DNA of 64,000 bases. Source: Haliotis rufescens. Its lineage: Eukaryota. Made by a program: the position numbers and the translations under genes. The notes below the pieces were generated by a model. The model was not told the DNA's origin and did no database searches. It saw only the letters and a program-made list of their open reading frames with translations. Positions 23,979 to 35,775 of this stretch are shown in pieces (within the stretch, counting starts at the first letter, position 1; each line of letters begins with the position of its first letter). The stretch spans positions 42,098,001 through 42,162,000 of the forward strand of contig NW_025964223.1 in the NCBI RefSeq assembly GCF_023055435.1, written 5' to 3'.

Positions 23979-24878
23979 ATGGATGATCTGTCGTACAAGC
24001 TCCAGGTGTTTCACACTGTTAACGAATATAAGGCCCATCGTTTAAACAGGACCGAACAGTGCAAACTTGAATCTGCTCGGACCTTGATCCATAGGGAGAA
24101 GACTCTCTATGAGAAAGACTTTCAGCTTCGAGTTCAGAAACTTAAAACTCGACAGCAAGAGATGAAAAGGGACGTGGATGTAGGCACTGATGACGAGAGG
24201 AAGGAGTTGCCCGATTCAGCGAGATCGTCATCGCTTCGATTCAGGGGCTGTAAATCTGCTCGCCTACCTAAGAGTGAGGAGTGTTCTCTATGTGACCGGA
24301 TTACTGACATAGTTCTTAAGTACGAGGCAGAGAAGCGTCCAAAGAACACAGCAACGTATTCCACGTCTACGAATCTGCGCCAATCTGACAGCCATGTCAG
24401 ACAGTTTCTGGAGTCTATAGAAACAACGGTGATGCCTTTGAAGTGGGACGTTACCTCTGGGAGTTTTATGGATGCTGGAAGAATAAATTTAGACGGACGT
24501 TGCAAAGATGGGATGCTTAGTATGAAGACTGATAAGAACCCAGATATAAACCCATCTCAGAAAAGACTGATCAGAGAATCCACCAAAATGCTTCCACCAG
24601 ACGACATGGGTCACGTGTGTACGACCTTGACCTCGGCCAAAAGTCGACGAACGTTTCCCGCCAAGATTGAAATTCAAAGGAAGGTTGGCGAGTTTGTACA
24701 GTCACAAGAGGTGTACAATAGGTCGAATCCTATCAATGAAGACATCGTTGTTCAGTGCGAGGCCTTTCGTCTCCATAGCGGCAACAGGGTGGACCGAAAA
24801 CCACCACATTTCGTCAGTAGGCGGGAAGCCATGATTTCTGAAGTCTTGGAGAAACTAGGAATGACAAGAGCCAACTAG
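23979..24878 (+). CDS. Uncharacterised single-ORF protein (299 aa), N-terminal coiled-coil; orphan family member A
   Basis: Long non-repetitive ORF in AT-rich DNA; shares VFHTVNEYKAHRLNRTEQCKL and IQRKVGEF motifs with ORFs at 46264 and 53052. Confidence 0.75.
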   Translation: MDDLSYKLQVFHTVNEYKAHRLNRTEQCKLESARTLIHREKTLYEKDFQLRVQKLKTRQQEMKRDVDVGTDDERKELPDSARSSSLRFRGCKSARLPKSEECSLCDRITDIVLKYEAEKRPKNTATYSTSTNLRQSDSHVRQFLESIETTVMPLKWDVTSGSFMDAGRINLDGRCKDGMLSMKTDKNPDINPSQKRLIRESTKMLPPDDMGHVCTTLTSAKSRRTFPAKIEIQRKVGEFVQSQEVYNRSNPINEDIVVQCEAFRLHSGNRVDRKPPHFVSRREAMISEVLEKLGMTRAN

Positions 24879-26943
24879 CCATCGCACGGTTGCTTCTTTT
24901 TCAATGTTGAACTTCGATCGTAAACGACAAGTGCAGCTTCACTTATTGTTGTAGATCCATGTCCAAGCGAAATGTGGATGGTGTCCTCTTGGATATTCCT
25001 GCAAAACGCGATATGTAAATCAGGTACATCAGTTAAGGTCTGGTATCAGACATTTAACGTTTAGTGAAAGTTGAATGCTTAACATATGCAATATGCACGC
25101 TTTTTGTACTTTAGGCCTGAAACCTATAGTGACAGTCACAAACCGCAGCTGATCAAACTGTTCAAAATGAACAGATACGAAACAATCCTACGTCGTAGCT
25201 GTGCAAAACGTCACGCAGTATTATGGAAACAAGTCCAGGTCCGTTAATTCATGCGGCTATCTGTTCGCGAGGCAGCGGAGAAAGCACAGAGAAACAGACA
25301 TCGATATTTAAGTTACATTTTACTTTTCATGAAAGTGGTATGTAATCGAATGAAATACTTATTCTATGACAAATTCTTGTGATGGAATTTTGTTGCTCTT
25401 ATAATTATTCTTAGCAATGACAAGGTGATTACATAGTGTTGTTTTTTTTCAACTGTTTAAGTCAGACTGTAATATAATCGATATCTTTTTAATCATCCTT
25501 AACATCTTCCTGCATTTCTCCCCTACCATCACAATGGTTGGATAAACGTCATTTATCTAATTTTATAACGGATCTGATAGTTTACCCCAGAATCTCTCTG
25601 AAATAAGAACCGCCTTACTCTCAGGATCTACAAGTGAGGTTGGTTGAGCAGCAGAGTAGTTTATTTGTTCGCTCGCAATGTCGAATCCCCATGATTGAAG
25701 CCATATTTTGGTGATCCCGTCGTCATAATATTTCAGGAATATTGCCAGAAGCGGCGGAAGACTATACTCTTTTACGCCTTAACAACACAATAAGTTGTGC
25801 GAGTCGTGTATAACACACAATGTAATAGTACTTCAGTAATATGACGGCGTGGCAGCTTAATGTGGGAGGACATGCCAAAATGATTTTAGCGATAACTACG
25901 AGGGATGATTAAATAGCTTTATCTGTGGTTATGGGATCATTTCACTGACTTAGTCAAGAACCTCTTCACAGCGAATTGCAGCACATTGGATCAATGAACC
26001 ACCGGTTTTCCCTTTAGTGAGTGAGTGTATTTCAGTGATATCACAGCGTGTCAGCTTGATGTGGCAGGAACGCCCGCAGTGATGCAGGTGTCGGACATTT
26101 ACCACTTTGGTGAAGCCAAAGAGCACGGTACGATGCTGACAAACCCAGACACATAATCTAGGCGAAGCCGCGATCAATATTGTCTGGCAGATCTAAAGGA
26201 CGCAACTCCGCTAAGCGAATTAAGGAGCCTCAGACGACGGGGCCACCTGCAGACGGTGATTTTGCTACATGGTAATTGTATGATTGTGCAATGTCGTTAA
26301 ATTTTGTCCCAGTTATTGTAGTGTTCAGTCAGTAGTGGTGTTACGTTTTATGAGAACCGCGACCATGTACCTCAGGGACGAGTTCATATGTCCACCCACA
26401 CGCACGCAGAGACGCAAGCAGTTATACTCGCACTCTAAAAATATAATGAAAATTATGATATCCTCAAAGAAACTTTCGGAAATAATTTTTTAAACACAAT
26501 TCATTGTTCCTCCGCACAAATATTTTCAAAACAAAGCAAACCGGTAGTTGTGAAGAGGCCACACCAACACCAACTAGCCATTCGAACCGAACCATGCCCT
26601 TTCGCCTGACGAGGTAACACATGAACCATTATCATATGAACATCATATGACACTTTTCACAATGACATGGTGAGTGAGAACCTGAGTGAATGTTGTTTTA
26701 CGACAAAGTCATTATTTAGTTATATTACGACATACTGAAAATAACTGAATCAGAAACAGGCTGACAGGTGGTTGATGGTATGAACACAACACCGTCAGAC
26801 TACAGTGACCAATAATCAGACATGTCACACATTGTGACCATTCGCTCCCCATTAGTCTAGTCTTTCAAGCTGTTGACACTGTTTCTTCCTAGGAGTTCCC
26901 TCAGGTGTCAGAATGACATGGATATACCTACTTACTTCACATT

Positions 26944-27212
26944 GGGGCACGGGTGGCACAGTCGTTTAAGGCGCCGCGATTCGCCGCGTTGCGTCCCTTG
27001 GGCACGCAAAACCTATGATTATGGGTTCGAATCCCGGTCCGACCCGATTGTGTTTCTAGGTTTGTCAGCACCATACCCGTACTCGTGGGTCCCACCGAAG
27101 TGGTAAACGTCTTAGACCTGCATCACTTCGGGCTTTCCTCCCACATTAAGCTGACGCGCCGCGATATAACTGGAATACTGTTAAAAGCGGCGTTAAACCC
27201 AACTCATTCACT
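26944..27212 (+). mobile_element. SINE family A
   Basis: Same head, body and tail. Confidence 0.88.
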
Positions 27213-28092
27213 CCTACTTCATATGATTTCCACGGTTAAGTGTGGTCTTAGATTCAGGTTCCGCTTACTTAGGGTCGTGTGCAGGTGACTATGTGTCGTT
27301 GTCCAGCATGAACCGCGACATGTTACAATTGTTTTGGTTCCGTGGAAAGCAAATTCCATACATGCCATGGTCATTGCTGTGCAAAGATATCCAAGGCAAC
27401 ATAATTCGCCTGTACATTGTTTTCCTCACGCGTGCCCTGATCTTATTATCGTTGGTTGGAATCCCAGATTCGACCTGATTTAATTAGAACAATGGTTTGT
27501 CATCACGATAAACATGCCAGTGGGTTCATCAAAGTGGTAAACGTCCATGTGGACTCTAGTTGCTGCTCGGAAAGTTTGGATCAGTTTCATGTTATAGGTG
27601 CATGTTACAGTACGTTTTCATTTATAATTCAAATCAAATCAGACAATGTTATACAAATATTCAGAATAAAATATGTTTTGAACATTTTGTAGAAGCTTTG
27701 ACCATTTCAGAACGAACAAATGCCGTCATCTATTGTGAATCATCTCAAATCCACTGTACATGGCCTGCAATAATTCACGACTAGGAACATAAGAAACCTG
27801 TCCAAATTCTGTAAAATCATGGTGTCATTGTTTAAATCTATCAAGTAACTCTCCCTCTTTCTGAATTGCACATATATTGCTACCATAGTAAATCTGTATA
27901 AATATGCATGCATGCTCGGCCAAGATGTTTTTGTATATATTCTTTATTTATATGTATATGTTTTATGTTGTTGAAATAATTTTGTACCTCTGATGCCGCT
28001 GATAGCGGCCTGAGCGTGAATAAAGTTCAATTCAGATTGTGCAAGGTTATCACTATGCTTTTTACAAGCTGTTCCCAGCGCTGTCCCAGATC

Positions 28093-28100
28093 TATAAAAG
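28093..28100 (+). promoter_or_regulatory. TATA box of the IgGFcBD-ZP gene
   Basis: TATAAAAG about 70 bp upstream of the signal-peptide ATG at 28165. Confidence 0.5.
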
Positions 28101-28164
28101 GGCTTAAGTTGCCCACATGTTTTGTTCTCAGCAGTGATCGGGCTACGAAAGCAAACCGACAGCT

Positions 28165-31100
28165 ATGGAGAATATCCTGAAGTTGTTTTGGCTTATGTTT
28201 TCCTATAATCAGATATGCATGGGTAAGTTTCGATACCTTCAATTCTAAATATTGTACCTACAACTGTAATTGTACATTCAGCCATGGGTGGGAAAAATTA
28301 TCGATTGTTATTGGTCATCAGGTCCAAATCACACTAACAACCTCTGTTTGAAACAAATAATTTAAAGGCTGCATCAGCTCACAAGTTTTCTCACCAAGTG
28401 TCGGCAGACATATTGAAATAATGCTATGTACGATTATATGTGACGACACTGGCCAGAAAACACGACATAAAGCTAGGACTTTGAGTGTCCAAGGTTAAGT
28501 AACATTGGAGCGCTGGAAATTATAGTAGTTTTGCATCCGACCATGACGTCATATTTTCAGCGTCACAATGAGCGACGTGAAGTCGTAACAAAGACGTACT
28601 GTGCAGAGCTAAACTTGGAAAGGCTTGCTCACGTTGTTTACTGGTGCCCATTTATGTTGTTTACGAAGTAGTAATGTGTAATTACACTCTTTTAATGCCT
28701 GTCACGCATGGGGATAAAGTACACTGATGCAAGGTATCAATATGTGTTGGCACATACAGCGCCTTTGCGTTGAAAGACTATCATCGGCTTTTCCTTGAAT
28801 CAGATCAACAGCCCACAGCTACGTGTTCGGTGCCAAATTCAATTTTACGCAGGTAAATCTACTGGTAACCTAGCGCTACATTTAAAGGCACAGCATGTTT
28901 ATCTCCAAAATGTGTCTTCACATGTATGATACAATCGAGACAAATAAGCGACACGAATGACGTTTTAATCAACGAAAACATAATTTCACTTATGATGTAT
29001 TGCAGCTTTCACGGATACAAAAGGAAGAACATTTTCTCTGGCATTCTTTCCCGAATACATCACTCCTGCAACAAGTGATCTTCGAAACATTCTGTACTTC
29101 TCATCCACCCTTGACGGTGGTTGTACTGTGAACTACAATGACGGGACAAGACATCAGACTAATGTGCATGTTATCGCGGGCGATGTGGTAAAGCTGGCTT
29201 TACCTGACACAACACAGCTCCTAACTGGAACAAGAGTTGAACATAAGGCCATTTATGTCAACTGTTCCACCGAAATAGCTCTTTATGGCCACAATAAATA
29301 CGCTCTTGGGAGAGACACCTCAGACGCATTCACTGTTTTGACAGATGAAATGTTGTCAACGGATTATCTCGTTGCAAGTGTCGAGAAAACTGCAAACCTT
29401 GGCGTTGTGGCCACGCGAGACAATACTACTATTTCAGTGACCCTCAATGCAACATGTGATTATGTATTCAACAGTGTACGATATGGAGATGGAGATACAG
29501 TCAGTGTTACACTTGGTTATGGTGACGTATTTCAGTTAGGTTTAGCATCTACAGATGGTAAATGTGATTTAGGAGGAACCCGAATCCATTCTAATCATCA
29601 AGTCGCAGTGTTTTCTGGGGCTTTGTATGTCTGGGAACTTGACCTTGCTGCAGGTCACATGGTCAGTCAGGTTCCTCCAGAGAATGCATTTACGAAAACA
29701 GTAATTGCACCTAAAGTCGAAACTGATGAACCAGGAGGAATGACGTTGCGTGTATTGGCACGTGAGAACAATACAGTTGTGACTATAACAAGGGAAGAAG
29801 CAAATGGGACGATAGTGACTTCGTCTACATCACTGAATACAGCAGAGTTTGAAGACATCAATTCCGATTTAAGCGCTGACGTCATTGTACAGAGCAACAG
29901 GCCGATAATGTGTATCCAGAACATCTATTTCAGAAGAAGAGGAGGTTCGTCATTGTTTGTGCCAGGAACGGACCTTTATGACAACAACTACATTGTAGAG
30001 AGTTTGGATTTGGATGGCGTGAGCTCAGATGGCCCTTTTATTACTATCATGTCAGAGGTGTCATCATTTATGGATGTTCGTGTAAATGGCCAGCAACGTG
30101 ATGATATCAAATGGACTAATCTCACCACGGTACCATACGCTGTTGGCGTACTAAGGATACAACCCAAACAACCGTATGTTGTCAACAGTTCATCACCAAT
30201 CCTAGTCAGGCTTCACGAAAGATTATACCTGGAGTCATATAGCTACAATGCAGGATATCGTCTTCCATCTTTTCCAAAAAAGCGTAAGTTTAATATCCTT
30301 TTTTAGAATTGTGTTCTGTGCGAAGTTGATGACATACTATCATACTACTTTTACGATTCCCAAATTTAAACGCGGTGGTAACCCCGAAATCGGTACGTAC
30401 TGAACTAGATTGTGAAATTAGTAAATTACCCCCCAAGATCAATGAACAGTCAACACATTGTATTGACGTACACCGGATCAGGTTTACAATAATCATAAAC
30501 ATCAATACAGTGGATCAAAATATTTGGCAGTAGTGATATACAATAGCGAGATAATCCCAATTACATAAGTCAGTGCACTCACGGCATGGATAAAGAATTT
30601 ACATTACACTATGACAAATACCCGGTTGCATTTTAACAGCTTTGACAAGTAATTTTTTTTTATTTGTCTCACATGGTCTCGCACGAACTTACAACAATTC
30701 AGTGGAGGCACTGCAGTATTCTGGCAGACATGTTGAGTAAATGTTTCAGTAAACTTTGAGTAGACATAACCAAACGTGCATTAATAACGGACAGAGGTTA
30801 AGTTGGAACTTAGTAGGATTGAATGCAATATTTTGTCATTGAAACACCCTCTGATAAGCGTAGCATGTTGAGCATCAGAGTGGGAGGTACCATTAGCATT
30901 ATGAGTGAGAGACACGTACTCAGTAATATGTGATGGGGGTCAATGCATCGAAAGATTGTATATACACCTGGTTATACAATGACCTATAGCTCGTCACATT
31001 GCCTGCGTCATTCGTTTCTCGTCGTACCAGCGTACACCACCATGGCCTGTACAGCTACTGGTTCACCGGACAAGGCAAGACAAACGTGACTAAGTCATTG

Positions 31101-33954
31101 CATTTCAATCAAATAACTTAAATATTCCCTGAAGAGTCATTGATATGGTTTTCGTGTTTTTGCGTTTGTTCATTTGTAGGTTACCCTGTGAATTATATTT
31201 TTAACCTTAAAACCGGGATTTGTCTTCCATGTTATATAGCTTAATAAAACCACATGACGTCTCCAATGAAAGTTAAATGAACGTCATTGCAAATAAAAGT
31301 GACAAAACCATTTCCATAGCCACGAGAAATCTTTGTTAAAAGCAGAGTCGTTCTTAGCATACGATTAAATATGTAAACATGTCCTATCAACAGAACACTG
31401 CCGATCATTACAATGTAAGCCGCCTTTGGCATTACGCCAGTAATATGACGTCGGTTTGACGAACGAATGAACACTTAAATGAATAGGCTACCCAAACGCC
31501 TCTTCGACACACTGAGCTTGTATATATTGTCTGCTATGAAGTGTTAGAATAATAAGTGCTAATTGTGTGTACATATTTTGTAATTACTTACTTCATTGTT
31601 AATTAAGCACTAACTTGGCACCTGTATGTGTTCAATATACCCACCTCTACTTGTATTTCTACTGAATGCATACACCTTCTACTTGTTCCAGTAACAAATG
31701 CCATCGAACTCAAATGCTTAGCAAAGGGCTGGTTTGTGACGCTAAATGTAGATGTATTATACAACGTTACCCTGTCTCACATCTACATGGGGCAGAGCAA
31801 GTGTACCGGAACACTTCATGGGAATCAACTCATATTCAACCAGTCTTACACTGAATGCCATACAGAAACAAGTGTAAGTACACATGGATGTGGCAACATG
31901 TTTCTTTGAATACCGTATGGTATCAATAGATGCAGCATATGTAATTGAAGTGCAGCAACCATGCTAGGTTCTAACCCTCTACTAACAGGCAGCTGCTACA
32001 GTTATGTAATCGTTTTCTAACGCTATCAGTACCATAAGTTACAAACGAGTTCCATTTGTGCGATAAACACAAGATCATACCAATTGACGACAGGGGTGTC
32101 GCGTAAAAACCTTTGTAAATGACTTCATCAATAGTGGATCTTGCCGAAACGATTGGTAAAATATTCGTTTATAAGGGCCGGCATGGTCCGAAACAATGAC
32201 AATTTGAGGGAGTCTTGACCGCTCCCCTTGCAGCACGTGGCTCAGTTCGACTAACGTAACGGGTGGCCTTTGACGTCGCCGTAAATGTGTCCCGAGCATG
32301 TCCCAGACGTGGAACGTGCATGTCCTGAGCATGTTTCAATGGTGGAAATGTCAGGACGATACGTGCACTGTGGGCACGAACATTATCGTCTAGAAAGACA
32401 ATACGTGGACCAGCATTGTGCACAAACCACACACTACTGGGCCAGTGGGTTCTTTCAGTAGGCCGATAAATACCATTTTGTGTCTGAAAACCTGTTCTAA
32501 AGTCTGTAGGTCAAAGACGAGACACATTAAACATTTTGGCTACTTCTCGCTGAGTTCTACGAGTTTGAAACATGGCAATAGCCTAAAGCGTCTATCACAT
32601 TGAAGACAACCCATTCCCAATCTGATCTCAAATACTGCATTAAAGTATGAGTAGAGAGCTAACTTGTCTCTCTGGATAATGAAAATCAACAGAACGAATG
32701 GCCCAGAGCTAATTGACGACATTTCACTGAAATGTCAAAAGCAATTATCACCCCTACCCACGTGCACCCACATACAATGTTTTGGGTGTCATGGGGAGAT
32801 AGGTGTCCGTTCTCAAGCCGTTCAATCTCTAGCAGACATTTTTTCAAAGCTGATCGTATTTCTGTCTACCGATGAAAAGATATATATTTCATGATCCCTA
32901 CTATATTTTGAGAGTAAATGTTTATATGTCTGAAATTCAGCAACACTGGGAAGGATACATATCATATTTCAAAATCAGTCTTCATAATTTGCATGACAAC
33001 CTTTTTGTCTATCATATTAATAATTTGAACTCATTTCCAACCGTGTATGTTCATGTACCCTTTCTGTGTCTTAATGTTCTAGGTTTCCAACGGCATGGTT
33101 ATGTTCAAGAATAGAGTCATGTTTGTGGCTCTGTCCCCTGACAATGTGGTCAGACATGTCATCTGGCTGCACAGCATCAGTTGTTCGGAACCAGTGGATG
33201 GAACAAATGCTGTCCTCATTTATCCAGATTTCAATGAAACAGTAACTGGTAGTTCCACTGGACACATACAAGGTCCCAGCTTCGACATATCTCTTTTCAA
33301 AGACGCTTCATATCAGCATCTATTTTCTGGCAACCATGCCCAAGCTAAGATCGGAGAGCCAGTGTATGTTCAGGTCTCCTCATCCGTTAGTCCCAACACC
33401 ATCATGGTGTTGCGTTCCTGCGACGCCCAAATCGGCAATGGGAAAGAAGTACCTCATCCTCTGATTGAAAATGGGTAAGTATGATCTATCATTGGATTTA
33501 TCAAAAAGGACAAGATGGTTACTTTAAATAAAGTATAAATGATATAAATGATTTCATTGGATTTATCAAAAAGGACAAGATGGTTACTTTAAATAAAGTA
33601 AGCAATTTGACAATATTGATGGGGATCCTTGAAGACGATATTTTGTAACATCCGAACAAAAGAGCATGACAATTAACTCTATGTGGCACTGTTTGCTGTT
33701 GTTGTTTAACGTAACAGTCACATTAACTATGTAAATATGTAAATAATCGACTCACAACGATGTGCGGTCACACGCAAACACCTAGTAACCTTGCCATTCG
33801 ATCCAAGTAGTCGCTTCTTACGACAAGCTTAGGATTCAGGGGACCTATTCTCTAACCTGGTTAAGTGGCTGCATTTTCAAAATATAGTTGTATGTTTAGA
33901 AAACTCATTGGACTTTGTGTAACCATGCGTACAACATTGTACTTATTCAGTACA

Positions 33955-34015
<61 letters not shown>

Positions 34016-34769
34016 TTATTTTTTTTTATTTACGGATTAAAATGAAAAAATGCAGCATAGAAGGTTTTGGTGATCCTGGCATAGTCAGGCTGGTTAGGCT
34101 CATCATCAGCTCAGGGCTTTGTCCCCTCTACATGCTGGCCAGACAGCGAATGGGACTTCTCCCAGCAAGTCAAACCCTCCCTCAACTTTTCAGAGAATGT
34201 GAAGACTCCCCAACACTGCAGCCTTCTGCATTACCCATATTGTCAGAAGGGCTGTATTCTGGGTAGCAAACCCGGGTACTCTCCCGATGTCAGTCAACAT
34301 AATGGGAGGTACTAAACCTAATGCACCGAGAACAATGGGGAGTCTGACAATTTGGTACTTGGGATGCAAACGTGACATTTTGAAAGCGAGGTCCGCATAT
34401 TTGTCATGTTTTTCCTCACAGGGGACAGAAAATTTAATAATATAAATGATTTCATTGGATTTATCAAAACGGACAATATCAGGTTTGTTGGCCTGGATAC
34501 GCCTGAGGCTGTAAATGGGTTATTATTATAATTATTATTATTATAATTATTATTATTATTATTATTATTATTACAGGTGTGCTGTCGATGCCCGCACTCA
34601 AATTCTCGTGACGCGTAACTCCGTGACCAGGTTTGAGTTTGAAATGTTTGACCTGCCTGAAGAACAGGACGGCATCTACGTCACTTGTCACGTGACATTC
34701 TGTGACCAAAGTGACTTCTCCGACAAGTGTAAGCAGCAGTGTCACACAAGTCCTCACATCATTGGCTAA
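28165..34769 (+). CDS. Secreted protein with IgGFc-binding N-terminal domain and zona pellucida (ZP) module, about 700 aa; join(28165..28222,29006..30283,31692..31873,33083..33474,34577..34769)
   Basis: Exon 1 is signal-peptide-like (MENILKLFWLMFSYNQICM). Exon 2 has IgGFcBD motifs (DTKGRTFSLAF, SDAFTVL..LSTDY, VVATRDNTTISV, DLGGTRIHSNHQVAVFSG, HMVSQVPP, ESYSYNAG). Exons 3-5 carry the ZP-N/ZP-C cysteine pattern (KC..KCTG..YTECHT, LRSCDA, LIENGCAVD, RFEFEMF, IYVTCHVTFC..C...C). All junctions are GT-AG and phase-compatible; a small extra exon in 30284-31691 cannot be excluded. Confidence 0.85.
29006..30283 (+). CDS. IgGFc-binding domain exon
   Basis: Extends ORF 29128..30306 back to the acceptor TTGCAG at 29005; donor C|GTAAGT at 30284. 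Confidence 0.9.
31692..31873 (+). CDS. ZP-N exon
   Basis: TNAIELKCLAKGWFV...SYTECHTETS; flanked by TTCCAG and GTAAGT. Confidence 0.85.
32030..32760 (-). mobile_element. Highly decayed Tc1-like transposase relic in the ZP-gene intron
   Basis: Fragments VFLDDNVRAHSARIV and FHVWDMLG...QRPPVTLVELSHVLQ resemble the Tc1 DDE C-terminal half; boundaries approximate. Confidence 0.65.
33083..33474 (+). CDS. ZP-N/ZP-C exon
   Basis: VSNGMVMFKNRV...IGEPVYVQV...LRSCDA...LIENG; flanked by TTCTAG and GTAAGT. Confidence 0.88.
33955..34018. repeat. (TAT)n microsatellite
   Basis: Direct reading. Confidence 0.95.
34520..34573. repeat. (TAT)n microsatellite abutting a splice acceptor
   Basis: Direct reading; ends immediately before CAG at 34574-34576. 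Confidence 0.95.
34577..34769 (+). CDS. ZP-C terminal exon
   Basis: CAVDART...RFEFEMFD...IYVTCHVTFCDQSDFSDKCKQQCHTSPHIIG*. Confidence 0.88.
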
Positions 34770-35574
34770 CACATATTACATGAGTAGATGTGTCAAAGTT
34801 AAATAAGTGACTCCAAAACGATTAAATGGTACAGTTGTCTGACGTGATGGGCGAGGCAGGGGTATGTAATTGTCTTATAGTGTAGCTTCAATACGATAAT
34901 TAAATACGATATTATTTGGTGGATATTAACATGTGCATATGTGAGTCACATCTGTATAGATAAATCGCGGGATTTAATTTGGTTCGTGTTACATGTGTAT
35001 GTTTGTGTTAATGTATCAAGACAACTGATTTCTTGTTTTTTTAATTAGTTTTACCGTAATTGTTGAATATATGTAAAGTATGTAGCTTCAAAACGATCAT
35101 TTGGAATTTGATTTGTATATTCAAATATTTCATGTTTATGCTTATGTCAAATATGTGCAGGCGTGGGATTGTGTATACGTTTCATGCGCGAATGATTTTA
35201 ATGTACAATTGTAAATGTACACTTGCTACGTCCTCAGTGGTTAAAGTGTTATATTTCAATAAATGCTTTGGTCTTTATTTGTCAAAAGAACTTTTTATGG
35301 ACTTTTATTTTAAAGTTTGTACAAGTGAGATGTTACATTTGGTTTGAAATGATCTGTGGCTGTTTTAGAGAGGTGTAGTGTTTCAGTTTTGTCTTATTCC
35401 ATCGTTATTGCTAGGGATATATTTCCTCTTTCTGCTTATTACATTTTGAATCATTGAGATTAACATTGGCAACTCTCATTTCCCTGTCTATATTAGTCTG
35501 GAATTGATTGAAAAAAAAAGGGGGGGGGGGGGGGGTCAGTTTTTCGAAATTGTTAATTCTCAAGGATGGTAAAA

Positions 35575-35775
35575 GGTGTCGCACGCAATCGGTATCCCAA
35601 CGCATACATCTTGTATGCATCTCGCTTTGTCACTCAATAAGAGTGGCTTGTGGCGGGAACCTTCTTTCATCTAGTGAAAGGTGGAAGTACTACGACTTCC
35701 TGTCTCCTGTCTCCTAGCTATAGCCATGTCTCGAGAAGCTTCTACTGTCGGAGTTCTTGTTAAGGCCGATATCAT
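35575..35775 (-). pseudogene. Fragmentary paralog of the 46264-47406 gene (5' part, internally deleted)
   Basis: GACTTCCTGTCTC...AGCCATGTCTCGAGAAGCTTCTACTG matches 47282-47326; CGCAATCGGTATC matches the 38-kb pseudogene. Confidence 0.7.

Noticed and set aside
31031-31085. Possible small extra exon of the ZP gene
   Set aside because: An acceptor-like CAG is present but there is no convincing GT donor, and the model is already in phase without it.
33865-34772. Poly-Tyr and poly-Ile ORFs
   Set aside because: Translations of (TAT)n microsatellites; only 34577-34769 is a real exon.
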